Shown in pieces: positions 48,300-56,727 of a stretch of DNA of 64,000 nt. The notes under the pieces are model-generated. The model made no database searches, had not been told where the DNA came from, and worked only from the letters and a program-made list of their open reading frames with translations. The number at the start of each line of letters is the position of its first letter. Within the stretch, counting starts at the first letter, position 1. The stretch covers positions 830,773 to 894,772 of the forward strand of contig CAWJJB010000007.1 in the NCBI GenBank assembly GCA_963843115.1, read 5' to 3'. The position numbers were made by a program, and so were the translations under genes. Source of the DNA: an uncultured Gemmatimonadales bacterium. GTDB taxonomy: Bacteria; Gemmatimonadota; Gemmatimonadetes; Gemmatimonadales; GWC2-71-9.

Positions 48300-48631
48300 G
48301 CCGCATCGCAACCGCGTGGACGTTGCTCGTCATTGCCGGCATGCTGGAAATCGGGTGGCCGCTCGGTCTCAAGCTCAGCCAGGCCACCGAACGACGCCTT
48401 CCCGGCCTGGTCATGGCCGGCGTCTGCATGCTTGCCAGCGGTGCCCTGCTCTGGCTCGCGCAGCGCGACATCCCGATTGGGACCGCCTACGCCGTGTGGA
48501 CCGGCATCGGGGCTGCTGGCACTTTCCTCATAGGAATCGTGTACTTCGGCGACGCCGCATCGCTTATTCGGATCGCCTCTGCGGGCCTCATCGTTCTGGG
48601 GGTGATCGGGCTCAAGGCGTCCCACGTCTAG
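48296..48631 (+). CDS. sugE: SMR-family transporter, SugE/Gdx-like (guanidinium/quaternary ammonium exporter)
   Basis: 111 aa with 4 TM segments. AWTLLVIAGMLEIGWPLGLK carries the conserved membrane Glu, and IGTAYAVWTGIGAAG is present. ATGA overlap with the upstream gene. Confidence 0.85.
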   Translation: MSRIATAWTLLVIAGMLEIGWPLGLKLSQATERRLPGLVMAGVCMLASGALLWLAQRDIPIGTAYAVWTGIGAAGTFLIGIVYFGDAASLIRIASAGLIVLGVIGLKASHV

Positions 48632-48641
48632 GTCGTGGTCC

Positions 48642-48788
48642 ATGCCCCTCACGGGCGGGCCGCACATGGGCGTGAAGGCCGAGGCGGTGTGGTTCACCCA
48701 TAACCTGGGCGTGTCATCCAACACCGACTTCCGGTTCGTGAAGGACGTTCGAATCAACCGGTGGACCCTCGCCTTTAGGCCACCCTGA
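48642..48788 (+). CDS. Possible unannotated small ORF (48 codons) or gene remnant
   Basis: ATG at 48642 to TGA at 48786-48788. By my hand count, about 40 of 47 third-codon positions are G/C, which is coding-like for this genome. No homology recognised and no obvious SD. Confidence 0.25.
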   Translation: MPLTGGPHMGVKAEAVWFTHNLGVSSNTDFRFVKDVRINRWTLAFRPP

Positions 48789-48812
48789 GCTTCCAGGCCT
48801 ATATTCCACACT

Positions 48813-50027
48813 ATGGATCTCTCCCTCTACCTATCCGAGCAGCATTTTCAGGTCCGCGACATGGTGCGTGAGTTCGGCCGCGCCGAGGTCGCCCCGGTGG
48901 CACGCGAACTCGATCGCACCTCCACGTTCCCGTGGGACAACATCCGCAAGATGGCCGATCTCGGCCTCCTCGGGGTTCCGTGGAGCGAGGAAATGGGCGG
49001 GGCCGGCATGGACCAGCTCTCGTACTACATCACGATCCACGAACTGGCCAAGGTGGACGCCAGCCACGCCCTCACCATCAGCGCCCATACCAACCTGGGC
49101 ACGTCGCCGATCATGGACTTCGGCACGAAGGAGCAGAAGGAGACGTACGTGCCGCTCCTCGCTTCGGGGAAGGTGCTGGGTGGCTTCGGGCTGACGGAGC
49201 CCGGTGCTGGCAGCGATGCCGGCGGCACCGCGACCACGGCGACCGACAAGGGCGATCATTTCCTCCTCAACGGATCGAAGATCTTCATCACCCACGCCGG
49301 CGTGGGCGAGATCTTCAGCGTTACGGCCCGGACTGGGCCTGGTAACCGGGGCATCACGAGCCTCCTCGTCACCAAGGACACGGTAGACCTGGACGAGGCG
49401 AAGCGGGTTGGGGTCGGCCATGCCGCCGACCTGCCCAAGATCAAGGGCGTGAGGGCAGGGAAGAAGGAAGACAAGATGGGTTGGCGCGCCAGTGACACCC
49501 GCGAACTGGTGTTCGAGGACGCGATCATCCCCAAGGAGAATGTCCTCGGGAAGGTGGGCGACGGGTTCGTCAACTTCCTCAAGACGCTGGATGCGGGCCG
49601 GATCGGCATTGCGGCGCTTTCGCTTGGCATCGCCGAAGGGGCCTACGACGAGGCCCTGAAGTATGCCGGATACCGGAAGCAGTTCGGGAAGGCCATCGGG
49701 TCATTTCAGGGGATCAGCTTCCAGCTGGCCGACATGGCGCTGGAGATCGAGGCCGGGACCCACCTGCTGTACCACGCCGCCTGGCTCAAGCAGAATGGCA
49801 AGCCGTTCAAGAAGGAAGCCGCCATGGCCAAGCTCTTCTGCTCAGAATTGGCCATGCGAGCAACCACGAAGGCCGTCCAGATTTTTGGCGGTTACGGCTA
49901 CACCACCGAATACCCCGTCGAGCGCATGATGCGGGATGCGAAGGTCTGCGAGATCGGGGAGGGAACCAGCGAGATCCAGCGCCTGGTCATCGCGCGCCAC
50001 ATCCTGGGCGACCTGGTGAATGGCTGA
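48813..50027 (+). CDS. Acyl-CoA dehydrogenase (short/branched-chain type)
   Basis: GGFGLTEPGAGSDAGG, GSKIFITHAG, YRKQFGKAIGSFQGISFQLADMA, and GGYGYTTEYPVERMMRDAKVCEIGEGTSEIQ. Confidence 0.9.
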   Translation: MDLSLYLSEQHFQVRDMVREFGRAEVAPVARELDRTSTFPWDNIRKMADLGLLGVPWSEEMGGAGMDQLSYYITIHELAKVDASHALTISAHTNLGTSPIMDFGTKEQKETYVPLLASGKVLGGFGLTEPGAGSDAGGTATTATDKGDHFLLNGSKIFITHAGVGEIFSVTARTGPGNRGITSLLVTKDTVDLDEAKRVGVGHAADLPKIKGVRAGKKEDKMGWRASDTRELVFEDAIIPKENVLGKVGDGFVNFLKTLDAGRIGIAALSLGIAEGAYDEALKYAGYRKQFGKAIGSFQGISFQLADMALEIEAGTHLLYHAAWLKQNGKPFKKEAAMAKLFCSELAMRATTKAVQIFGGYGYTTEYPVERMMRDAKVCEIGEGTSEIQRLVIARHILGDLVNG

Positions 50028-50295
50028 TATTTGCCCTAACCGATTGCTCATCTTACCTTTAGACAGTCTTGCAGCGTGGCACTACCGATCGCCCGAATGC
50101 CAGTCGGGCATCACAATCGATGTGTAACGCTCATGTTGCCGCCCCTGAGGCGATTGTGACCTGAGGGGCCTGAAGCTCGGAGCGGTGCCGCCGGTGAGCG
50201 GACTGCCTCCACCAAACCTTGCGAATGCCGTAGCCGATCCTCTCCGTGGCCGATCCAGCCGCAGGGAGAGATGCGGGTGTGGCTGAGGTTCGCTC
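50028..50295 (+). promoter_or_regulatory. Long structured 5' region upstream of the RNase E/G gene (candidate promoter and autoregulatory leader)
   Basis: 268 nt with no credible ORF. TTGCCC-N17-TACCTT at 50031-50059. Hairpins at 50091-50109 (gcccga/tcgggc) and 50141-50169 (gcccctgagg/cctgaggggc with one mismatch). Confidence 0.3.
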
Positions 50296-51969
50296 GTGAA
50301 GCGCGAGATCCTCATCAACGGGAGCCAGCGCGAGACACGCCTGGCCATCCTCGAAGATGATCGGCTGGTCGAACTTCTGGTCGACCGCCCCGATCACCGC
50401 CGCACCGTCGGCGACATCTACCTCGGACGGGTCGACGCCGTCCTCCCCGGAATACAAGCTGCCTTCGTGGACATCGGACAGGAGAAGAGCGCCTTTCTCC
50501 ATGCCTCCGACCTCCTGGAGCCGGATGAAGACGACGACGAGCCCTCCGACGATGATATCGACGAGCCCGAGACTGTCGAGGAAGTCGTCGCCGAGGAGTC
50601 GGGCGAGGTCGAAGCCAGCAGCAGCGGCGATGACCAGAAAGCCTGGCGCGGACGCCGAAAGCGGGGCAACGGTAATGGCGGCGGCGAGCCCCGCCAGCGC
50701 GAGGTCTCCAGCCGGCGGCAGCTGCCGAACATTGCCGAAATCCTGAAGAAGGGCCAGAACCTGGTCGTACAGGTGACCAAGGAGCCCATCAGCACGAAGG
50801 GTTGCCGCGTCACCGCCCAGATTTCCCTCCCCGGCCGGTTCCTGGTCTACATGCCCTTCGCTTCCAAGGTGGGGGTGAGCCGCAAGATCGAGAGCCGTGA
50901 GGAGCGGGCGAAGCTGCGGGAGATGGTCGGACGGCTGCTCCCAGCAGACGCCGGCGGCATGATCGTCCGGACCGTGGCTGAGGGCGTCACCGAGGAGAAC
51001 TTCCGGCGCGAAGTCGATTCGTTGCTCAACCTCTGGAAGAAGATCAACCGGAAGAAGACCTTCGTGCGGAAGGCGCCGGCGCTGCTCCAGCGGGAAACCA
51101 GCCTCACACGCGGCATCATCCGCGACCTCTTCAGCTGGAAAGTCGACGCGCTGCAGGTTGACTCCAAGGAACTCCACCACGAAATCGACCAGTATCTGCA
51201 GCAGATCGATCCCGAGCTGATGCAGCGGGTGCACTTCTATACCGAGCCCACACCGCTGTTCGACAAGTACGATATCGAATCCGAGATCCGGGATCTCTTC
51301 AAGGCGCGCTGCGAGCTTCCGACCGGCGGCTCGATCATCATTCAGCCAACCGAAGCGCTCACGTCCATCGACGTGAACACGGGGCGGTACACTGGCAAGA
51401 AGGACCCGGAGAAGACCATCCTCCGGACCAACCTCGAGGCCTCGCGCGAGATCGCGCGCCAGATCCGCCTGCGCGACATCGGCGGCATCATCGTGTGCGA
51501 CTTCATCGACATGGAGACCCGGGCCAACCGGGACCGGGTGCTGCAGGAACTGCGGACGCACCTCGGCCGGGACCGGGCACGCACCAAGGCCCTGGCGGTG
51601 TCCGAACTGGGGCTGGTGGAAATGACGCGGCAGCGCGTTCGGCCGTCGCTCTGGCACTCCATGACCTTCGACTGCCCCACCTGCGCGGGCACCGGGCGGG
51701 TGTTTACCCCTGAGGTCGTTGCCCGCAGGCTGGAACGCTCGCTCAAGCGGGCAGGGCACGAACATCGGGAACGGCAGCTCACCGTCCGGCTCCATCCCGA
51801 GGTGGCCCTCTACCTGCTCGAGGAGGAGCCCAAGTTTCTCCAGGCCCTCCAGAAATTGACGGGCCTCGACCTCGAGCTGCGCGACGATCCCATGATCCGG
51901 CTGGACGACTTCCGGCTCATGAGCCGGCCAGCCGGCAGGGACGTGACACAGCAGTACGCGGTCGCCTGA
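50296..51969 (+). CDS. Ribonuclease E/G family endoribonuclease with an acidic/basic insert in the S1 region
   Basis: GDIYLGRVDAVLPGIQAAFVDIG (S1), VQVTKEPISTKG, SIDVNTGRY, GGIIVCDFIDM, and the Zn-link CPTCAGTG. GTG start. Confidence 0.9.
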   Translation: MKREILINGSQRETRLAILEDDRLVELLVDRPDHRRTVGDIYLGRVDAVLPGIQAAFVDIGQEKSAFLHASDLLEPDEDDDEPSDDDIDEPETVEEVVAEESGEVEASSSGDDQKAWRGRRKRGNGNGGGEPRQREVSSRRQLPNIAEILKKGQNLVVQVTKEPISTKGCRVTAQISLPGRFLVYMPFASKVGVSRKIESREERAKLREMVGRLLPADAGGMIVRTVAEGVTEENFRREVDSLLNLWKKINRKKTFVRKAPALLQRETSLTRGIIRDLFSWKVDALQVDSKELHHEIDQYLQQIDPELMQRVHFYTEPTPLFDKYDIESEIRDLFKARCELPTGGSIIIQPTEALTSIDVNTGRYTGKKDPEKTILRTNLEASREIARQIRLRDIGGIIVCDFIDMETRANRDRVLQELRTHLGRDRARTKALAVSELGLVEMTRQRVRPSLWHSMTFDCPTCAGTGRVFTPEVVARRLERSLKRAGHEHRERQLTVRLHPEVALYLLEEEPKFLQALQKLTGLDLELRDDPMIRLDDFRLMSRPAGRDVTQQYAVA

Positions 51970-52092
51970 CGGGGAGGGGCGGCCACGGGAGGCGTCCAGG
52001 GTTCCCTCTTGCCGGAACCCCATTCCCCGTCTATACTTGCGGGCTAGCTTTTCACGTAAACGGCTCGACGTAATACTTCACGGCAGGATGTC

Positions 52093-52410
52093 ATGTCTTA
52101 CGCAATCTTCCGCGCGCTCGGTAAGCAGTTCCGGGCCGAAAAAGGCAAGACGCTCAAGCTTCCGCTCATGGTCGCGGAGCCGGGCGCCAAGGTCACCTTC
52201 GACGAGGTGCTTCTCTCGTCCGACGGGACCACCATCAAGGCAGGCGCACCATTGGTGAAGGGTGCCAAGGTCGAGGCCGAAGTCGTGGGCCACGGCAAGG
52301 ACGCCAAGCTGTACGTTTTCAAGTTCAAGCGTCGCAAGAACTATCGTCGCAAGACCGGGCATCGGCAGAAGCACACCGAGGTCCGCATTACTGACGTGAA
52401 GGTGGGCTAA
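52093..52410 (+). CDS. rplU: 50S ribosomal protein L21
   Basis: [18 protein letters not shown]...[18 protein letters not shown]. Confidence 0.95.
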   Translation: MSYAIFRALGKQFRAEKGKTLKLPLMVAEPGAKVTFDEVLLSSDGTTIKAGAPLVKGAKVEAEVVGHGKDAKLYVFKFKRRKNYRRKTGHRQKHTEVRITDVKVG

Positions 52411-52413
52411 GCC

Positions 52414-52686
52414 ATGGCACACAAGAAGGGCGTCGGCTCGAGCCGCAACGGACGCACCAGCAATCCGCAGTACCTCGGCATCAAGAAGTATGGTGGCGAG
52501 AAGGTGCGCGCAGGGAACATCCTGGTGACCCAGAAGGGCACCAAGTTCCATCCCGGCAAGAACGTCAAGAAGGCCACGAACGACACGCTGTTCGCCCTGG
52601 TTGACGGGGTCGTGAAATTCGAGTGGAAGGACAAGGACCGGAAGAAGATCTCGGTGTACCCGGTGGAGGCCCAGGCTACCGCCTGA
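52414..52686 (+). CDS. rpmA: 50S ribosomal protein L27
   Basis: [28 protein letters not shown]...[15 protein letters not shown]. Confidence 0.95.
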   Translation: MAHKKGVGSSRNGRTSNPQYLGIKKYGGEKVRAGNILVTQKGTKFHPGKNVKKATNDTLFALVDGVVKFEWKDKDRKKISVYPVEAQATA

Positions 52687-52707
52687 GTGCCCCATCCCCA
52701 AAGCAGT

Positions 52708-52747
52708 GAGGCGGTCAGGCTCCATGCCCGACCGCCTCTGTCATTTT
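52708..52747. terminator. Intrinsic terminator-like hairpin between convergent rpmA and the GDPD gene
   Basis: gaggcggtc (52708-52716) and gaccgcctc (52730-52738) form a perfect 9-bp stem, followed by tgtcatttt on the plus strand. Confidence 0.55.
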
Positions 52748-52763
52748 CCGGGCCGCCCGTGCC

Positions 52764-53441
52764 TCAGTTTCGCTGGGCGACCACCCGCTCCGGATAGTCA
52801 GTACAAATCCCATCGACGCCGCAGCTGATAAGCCGGGCCACGTCGGCTTCGCTGTTCGCCGTCCAGGCAATGATCCGGCGGCCAGCCCGGTGCACTTCAT
52901 CCACCAGCGCGCGGTCGATCATCGCCTGCGCCTGCCACAGTACCGTGGCACCCGCCGCGGCGAGGACGGGCAGGGGGTCGATCAGGCGCGCATCCAGGAG
53001 CACTCCCCGCCTCAGGGCACCGTCGCGCTCGCCCAGCCGACGGACAATGCGGTGATCGAATGAGTGGACCGCATAGCGCTCCGGTTCCGGTCCGGCCTGC
53101 AGGAGGCGAAGGAGCACCGCGTCAAGGTATTCCTCCATTCCCTTCACTTCGACCCAGACATCGAGACCGCGAAGAAGGGTAAGTACCTCACTGAGGAGCG
53201 GGACGGTCTCGCCGTTGGGCAGCCGATGCTGCTGTACCGCGTCGAGGGCGAGATCACCAATGCGCCCGAGCCCCTCCAGGCTCGAATCATGATGTACGAC
53301 GATGGCACCGTCGCGCGTGGCGTGAACGTCCAGTTCCACCCCCTCAGCGCCAAGGGTCCTGGCCCGGCGAAAGGCGGCGCGGCTGTTCTCGTGTTCGTGG
53401 CCAGATGCACCGCGGTGTCCGATACTTAGCGGTCGAGCCAT
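52764..53441 (-). CDS. Glycerophosphodiester phosphodiesterase family protein
   Basis: IGHRGASGHEHENS, ELDVHATRDG, and WTANS motifs of the GDPD family. Confidence 0.85.
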   Translation of the reverse strand: MARPLSIGHRGASGHEHENSRAAFRRARTLGAEGVELDVHATRDGAIVVHHDSSLEGLGRIGDLALDAVQQHRLPNGETVPLLSEVLTLLRGLDVWVEVKGMEEYLDAVLLRLLQAGPEPERYAVHSFDHRIVRRLGERDGALRRGVLLDARLIDPLPVLAAAGATVLWQAQAMIDRALVDEVHRAGRRIIAWTANSEADVARLISCGVDGICTDYPERVVAQRN

Positions 53442-53600
53442 GGAGTCCGGATGTCAGGGAGGAAGACGATTGGCTGCTGGATGACGCAGCTTGTTGCACT
53501 CAATATACTTGCGGCAAGGCCTTATCGGCACTCGCCTTCTGTCTATACCCCGATGCCGGTCACTTAACATCAGCCAACCCAGGCCGTCCATATCCCGTAC

Positions 53601-54149
53601 ATGGCAGCGATGACGGAATCCGGGCCCCCCTCCGATGCGTTCCTGGCCGCCAATTGGCGCGCGGGCGATGAAGGCGCAGCGGCGGAACTCGTCCGGCGCC
53701 ATGCCGGGGGCATTGCCCGCTTTCTGTACAGTTCGGGCGCGGCGCCCGGTGAAGTGGACGACCTGGTTCAAGAGGCGCTCTTCCGCGGGTTCCGGAAACT
53801 GGACACCTGGCGAGGCGAGGCATCACTCCGCAGCTGGCTCTGCTCCATTGCCGGCAACCTCCTGAAGGACGAGTACCGCCGGCAGAAGGGTCGGAAGGTG
53901 GTGTCGATCGAGGACCATCAGGTGATAGATGCCGCCGACCCTCATGCAGAGGTGGCGGCCACCGAGTCGGAAGCGCAGCTCCTGGCCGGTCTCCAGACGC
54001 TGCCACGATTGCAGCGGGAGGTGTTCCTGATGCGGGCCCAGCAGGGGTGTGACTACGCTGAGATTGCGGCGGCGCTGGGAACAACGCCGGGGGCAGCGCG
54101 AGTCCACTACCATCATGCGGTGAAAAGGCTGAAGGAACTGATCTCATGA
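53601..54149 (+). CDS. ECF (group IV) RNA polymerase sigma factor
   Basis: Region 2 (DDLVQEALFRGFRKLDTWRGEASLRSWL) and region 4 (LPRLQREVFLMRAQQGCDYAEIAAALGTTPGAARVHYHHAVKRL). Confidence 0.9.
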   Translation: MAAMTESGPPSDAFLAANWRAGDEGAAAELVRRHAGGIARFLYSSGAAPGEVDDLVQEALFRGFRKLDTWRGEASLRSWLCSIAGNLLKDEYRRQKGRKVVSIEDHQVIDAADPHAEVAATESEAQLLAGLQTLPRLQREVFLMRAQQGCDYAEIAAALGTTPGAARVHYHHAVKRLKELIS

Positions 54150-54676
54150 CCATGTGTGAGGCACTGTCGGATCGGATGCCCGCCGTAGCGGGTGGCAGGG
54201 ACGCCTGGTCGGTGGAGGAGCAGGCGCATCTGGCGTCGTGCAGTGATTGCTCCGCTGAATGGAAGGTGGTCGCCACCGCGTCGGGGCTGGGCCGAAGCGT
54301 GATCGTTGATCCGCAGCGGCTTGCACCCGAACTGCTCGGTCGGCTTCGTGAGGCAAGGCGGCAGGATCGCCGGAAGGTATGGGTTCGCCGATCGGCTCCA
54401 GTCGTGGGACTTGCCATCGCAGCGGCGGCGCTGCTCGTGGTGCTGCCTCGCGGGCGCGAACAGGGCCCGGCCGCACCCTTGCCCGCGGCGGCGGCGCTGG
54501 AGGCCGGTCCGCTGCAACTGGCCGAACTCGAGGGCGCGACCACCGCCGACCTGGTGGTGGTGCTGGCGAGCTTCGACGAACCAGCGGTGCCCCGAAGTGC
54601 CCTCGATGGCCCGAATGTCGAGGGCATGGACCTCATACAGGTACAACGTGCCCTGGAATCATGGGAGGAAAGCTGA
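54146..54676 (+). CDS. Anti-sigma factor (zf-HC2 type), single-pass membrane protein
   Basis: ATGA overlap with the sigma gene. H-x3-C-x2-C in EEQAHLASCSDCSAEW and a central TM helix PVVGLAIAAAALLVVL. Confidence 0.7.
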   Translation: MTMCEALSDRMPAVAGGRDAWSVEEQAHLASCSDCSAEWKVVATASGLGRSVIVDPQRLAPELLGRLREARRQDRRKVWVRRSAPVVGLAIAAAALLVVLPRGREQGPAAPLPAAAALEAGPLQLAELEGATTADLVVVLASFDEPAVPRSALDGPNVEGMDLIQVQRALESWEES

Positions 54677-55182
54677 TGTCATACGGACGGTTGTCGCTGC
54701 TGGGCCTGCTGGCACTGGTGGGCACTGCGCAGCCGGTGCACGCGCAGGACAGCGCCGCGTCGCCGGAGGTCACGGCGCAGCTTCGCCAGCGGATCGAGGC
54801 GCGCTTCACCGAACGGGTCAAGCTGGAACTCGGCCTGGACGACGCACAGACCGCTAAGCTCAAGGCAGTGGCTGGGGACTGGTTCACCAAGCGCCGCGCC
54901 ATGGAGGGCGAGGAACGCGATCTTCGTCAGGCGCTCGCGGGGCAGCTGCGTCCCGGTGTCGCCGCCAATTCGGACAGCGTCACCCGTGTTGTGTCGCGCC
55001 TCCTCGACCTGAAGGTGCGGTACGCGGAGAGCTACCGGGAAGAGAACAAGGAACTCGGTTTCCTGACCCCGGTTCAGCGGGCGCAGTACTACGCGCTACG
55101 GGAGCGGCTGCTGGATGCCCTCAAGCAGGCCCGTCAGGCGCGCCAGGCACGGGGAGGCCAGAGGCCCGCGGGTCGCCCGTAG
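54676..55182 (+). CDS. Periplasmic Spy/CpxP/ZraP-like LTXXQ-motif protein
   Basis: Signal peptide LLGLLALVGTAQPVHAQ, helical repeats with LDDAQTAKL and LTPVQRAQY (LTXXQ-like). The ATG overlaps the anti-sigma stop. Confidence 0.7.
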   Translation: MSYGRLSLLGLLALVGTAQPVHAQDSAASPEVTAQLRQRIEARFTERVKLELGLDDAQTAKLKAVAGDWFTKRRAMEGEERDLRQALAGQLRPGVAANSDSVTRVVSRLLDLKVRYAESYREENKELGFLTPVQRAQYYALRERLLDALKQARQARQARGGQRPAGRP

Positions 55183-55185
55183 CCA

Positions 55186-55743
55186 CTATCCCGGGAATTT
55201 CTGCTCGTACAGACGCTGCGCCCGCACGATGGCCTCGCGGGCGGCAGCGGCATTCTCGAAACCGCGGGTTTCCGTGGTGGTTCCTTCCAGGTCCTTGTAT
55301 ACCCGGAAAAAGTGCTCGATCTCCTTCAGGTAGTGAGGCGGGACGTCATCGAGGTCGTGCATTTCTGCGGCATAGGGGTCGCCAAGCGGCACCGCCAGCA
55401 CTTTTTCGTCCGCCTTTCCGCGGTCGATGAGGTGGAACAGCCCGACGGGCCGCGCTTCCACCAGGCACCCGGTGAACAGGGGAATGGTGCTCAGGATCAG
55501 GATGTCGAGCGGATCGCCATCATCGCCGAGGGTACGAGGAATGAATCCGTAGTCGCCGGGATAGTGCACCGCACTGTACAGCACGCGGTCCAGCCGGAAC
55601 ATGCCGGTTTCCTTGTCCAGCTCGTACTTGTTCCGCTCGTTGGTCGGAATCTCGATGACTGCAGTGACCTGGTCGGGCGGGTTGGAGCCGGCCTGAATGT
55701 CGTGCCAGGGATGGAACTGCCGGACGGGTGGACGGGACATCAA
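55186..55743 (-). CDS. ppa: Inorganic pyrophosphatase (family I)
   Basis: VIEIPTNERNKYELDKETG, YPGDYGFIPRTLGDDGDPLD, and KVLAVP. Confidence 0.95.
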   Translation of the reverse strand: MMSRPPVRQFHPWHDIQAGSNPPDQVTAVIEIPTNERNKYELDKETGMFRLDRVLYSAVHYPGDYGFIPRTLGDDGDPLDILILSTIPLFTGCLVEARPVGLFHLIDRGKADEKVLAVPLGDPYAAEMHDLDDVPPHYLKEIEHFFRVYKDLEGTTTETRGFENAAAAREAIVRAQRLYEQKFPG

Positions 55744-55825
55744 TGCTCCGGTGACGAGTTGACAGGAAAATAGGTGGACGGGTGCGCCTTGCGCCCGGGC
55801 GGCGAGTCTTGGAGTTTTGGGCGTC

Positions 55826-55910
55826 GCCCGGGTGGCGGAATGGCAGACGCAGTGGACTCAAAATCCACCGGGGGGCAACCCCCGTGCGAGTTCGACTCTC
55901 GCCCCGGGCA
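55826..55910 (+). tRNA. tRNA-Leu (anticodon CAA), class II with a long variable arm
   Basis: Cloverleaf folded by hand. Acceptor stem GCCCGGG/CCCGGGC, anticodon stem GTGGA/TCCAC with loop CTCAAAA, variable hairpin CGGGGG-CAA-CCCCCG, T arm GCGAG-TTCGACT-CTCGC, discriminator A. CCA is not encoded. Confidence 0.9.
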
Positions 55911-56011
55911 CTCTCAGGTGTGAAGCTATCAGTCGACGGCCGGGGTAGACAGTCCGGCTGGCTGGTCGCGATACTGGCCGCTCAGCAAACAACAATCATT
56001 GAGGAGGGTCC

Positions 56012-56590
56012 ATGAAGGCTCGCTGGTTTGCTCCCACCCTGTTGCTCGCGACGGTGGCTGTGACCGCCCCGGCGCACGCGCAATTTGCTATCGACCTGAT
56101 GGTTGGCCCCAACTTTTCCTCCATCAGCAACGCTCCAGCGGGTTACAGCACCAGCAGCGACGTCGGGTACTTCCTCGGTGGGCGACTCCGCTTTGGACAC
56201 CTGTTCTACGTTTCTCCAGGACTCGACTACCAGTACCAGAGCGTCAACATCGATGGCACCAGCGTGGGGGAACCCAATGACAACATCGGGATCAGCTCGT
56301 TCATGATTCCGCTTGGGGTTGGGGTAAACCTGAATGCCAAGGTGGTGGCGATCCAGCTCGGCGTATCGGGGACGCTTGCATTCAACACCTCGGTGAACGA
56401 CAACGACTTTGGACTTACGAAAGATGAAACGAACAACACGCGCTGGGGCTGGATGGTCTCGGCGGGAGCGCGCATTCTCGCGTTTCAGCTCAACCTGGCC
56501 TGGCAGTCGGACTTTACGGACACGTTCAAGGACGATCCCAACGGTTCCAAGCTGAGCCAGTTCCGGGTCGGGCTTGGTATCGCGCTGTAA
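56012..56590 (+). CDS. Small outer-membrane beta-barrel protein
   Basis: GAGGAGGG SD. Signal peptide MKARWFAPTLLLATVAVTAPAHAQ and a beta-strand pattern. Confidence 0.65.
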   Translation: MKARWFAPTLLLATVAVTAPAHAQFAIDLMVGPNFSSISNAPAGYSTSSDVGYFLGGRLRFGHLFYVSPGLDYQYQSVNIDGTSVGEPNDNIGISSFMIPLGVGVNLNAKVVAIQLGVSGTLAFNTSVNDNDFGLTKDETNNTRWGWMVSAGARILAFQLNLAWQSDFTDTFKDDPNGSKLSQFRVGLGIAL

Positions 56591-56616
56591 CCTGTTTTCA
56601 CCGCTGCTGCAGGTTT

Positions 56617-56645
56617 GAACAGGCACCCAGCATGGGTGCCTGTTC
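56617..56645 (+). terminator. Strong hairpin downstream of the OMP gene (probable terminator)
   Basis: gaacaggcaccc / gggtgcctgttc form a perfect 12-bp stem with a 5-nt loop, followed by ctgctttcc. Confidence 0.5.
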
Positions 56646-56727
56646 CTGCTTTCCCGCGATGCCTTATAGGTCGTTCGTCCCACATGCACATTCCTGAATG
56701 ACAGTGCGATCTTTTATGTTGACCTGA

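Noticed and set aside
50131-52023. 630-aa ORF antisense to the RNase E/G gene
   Set aside because: Same reasoning. The plus strand carries clear S1, RNase E/G and Zn-link motifs, and the antisense product is low-complexity with no recognisable domain.
51970-52092. Possible ribosomal-protein leader upstream of rplU
   Set aside because: I could not identify a conserved structure or a convincing promoter by eye. The known L21 leader is described for Firmicutes, so I make no call.
55759-55764. TTGACA hexamer upstream of tRNA-Leu as a -35 box
   Set aside because: No acceptable -10 hexamer lies 16-18 nt downstream (the sequence there is gtgcgc). A single hexamer in the divergent ppa/tRNA spacer is not enough to call a promoter.
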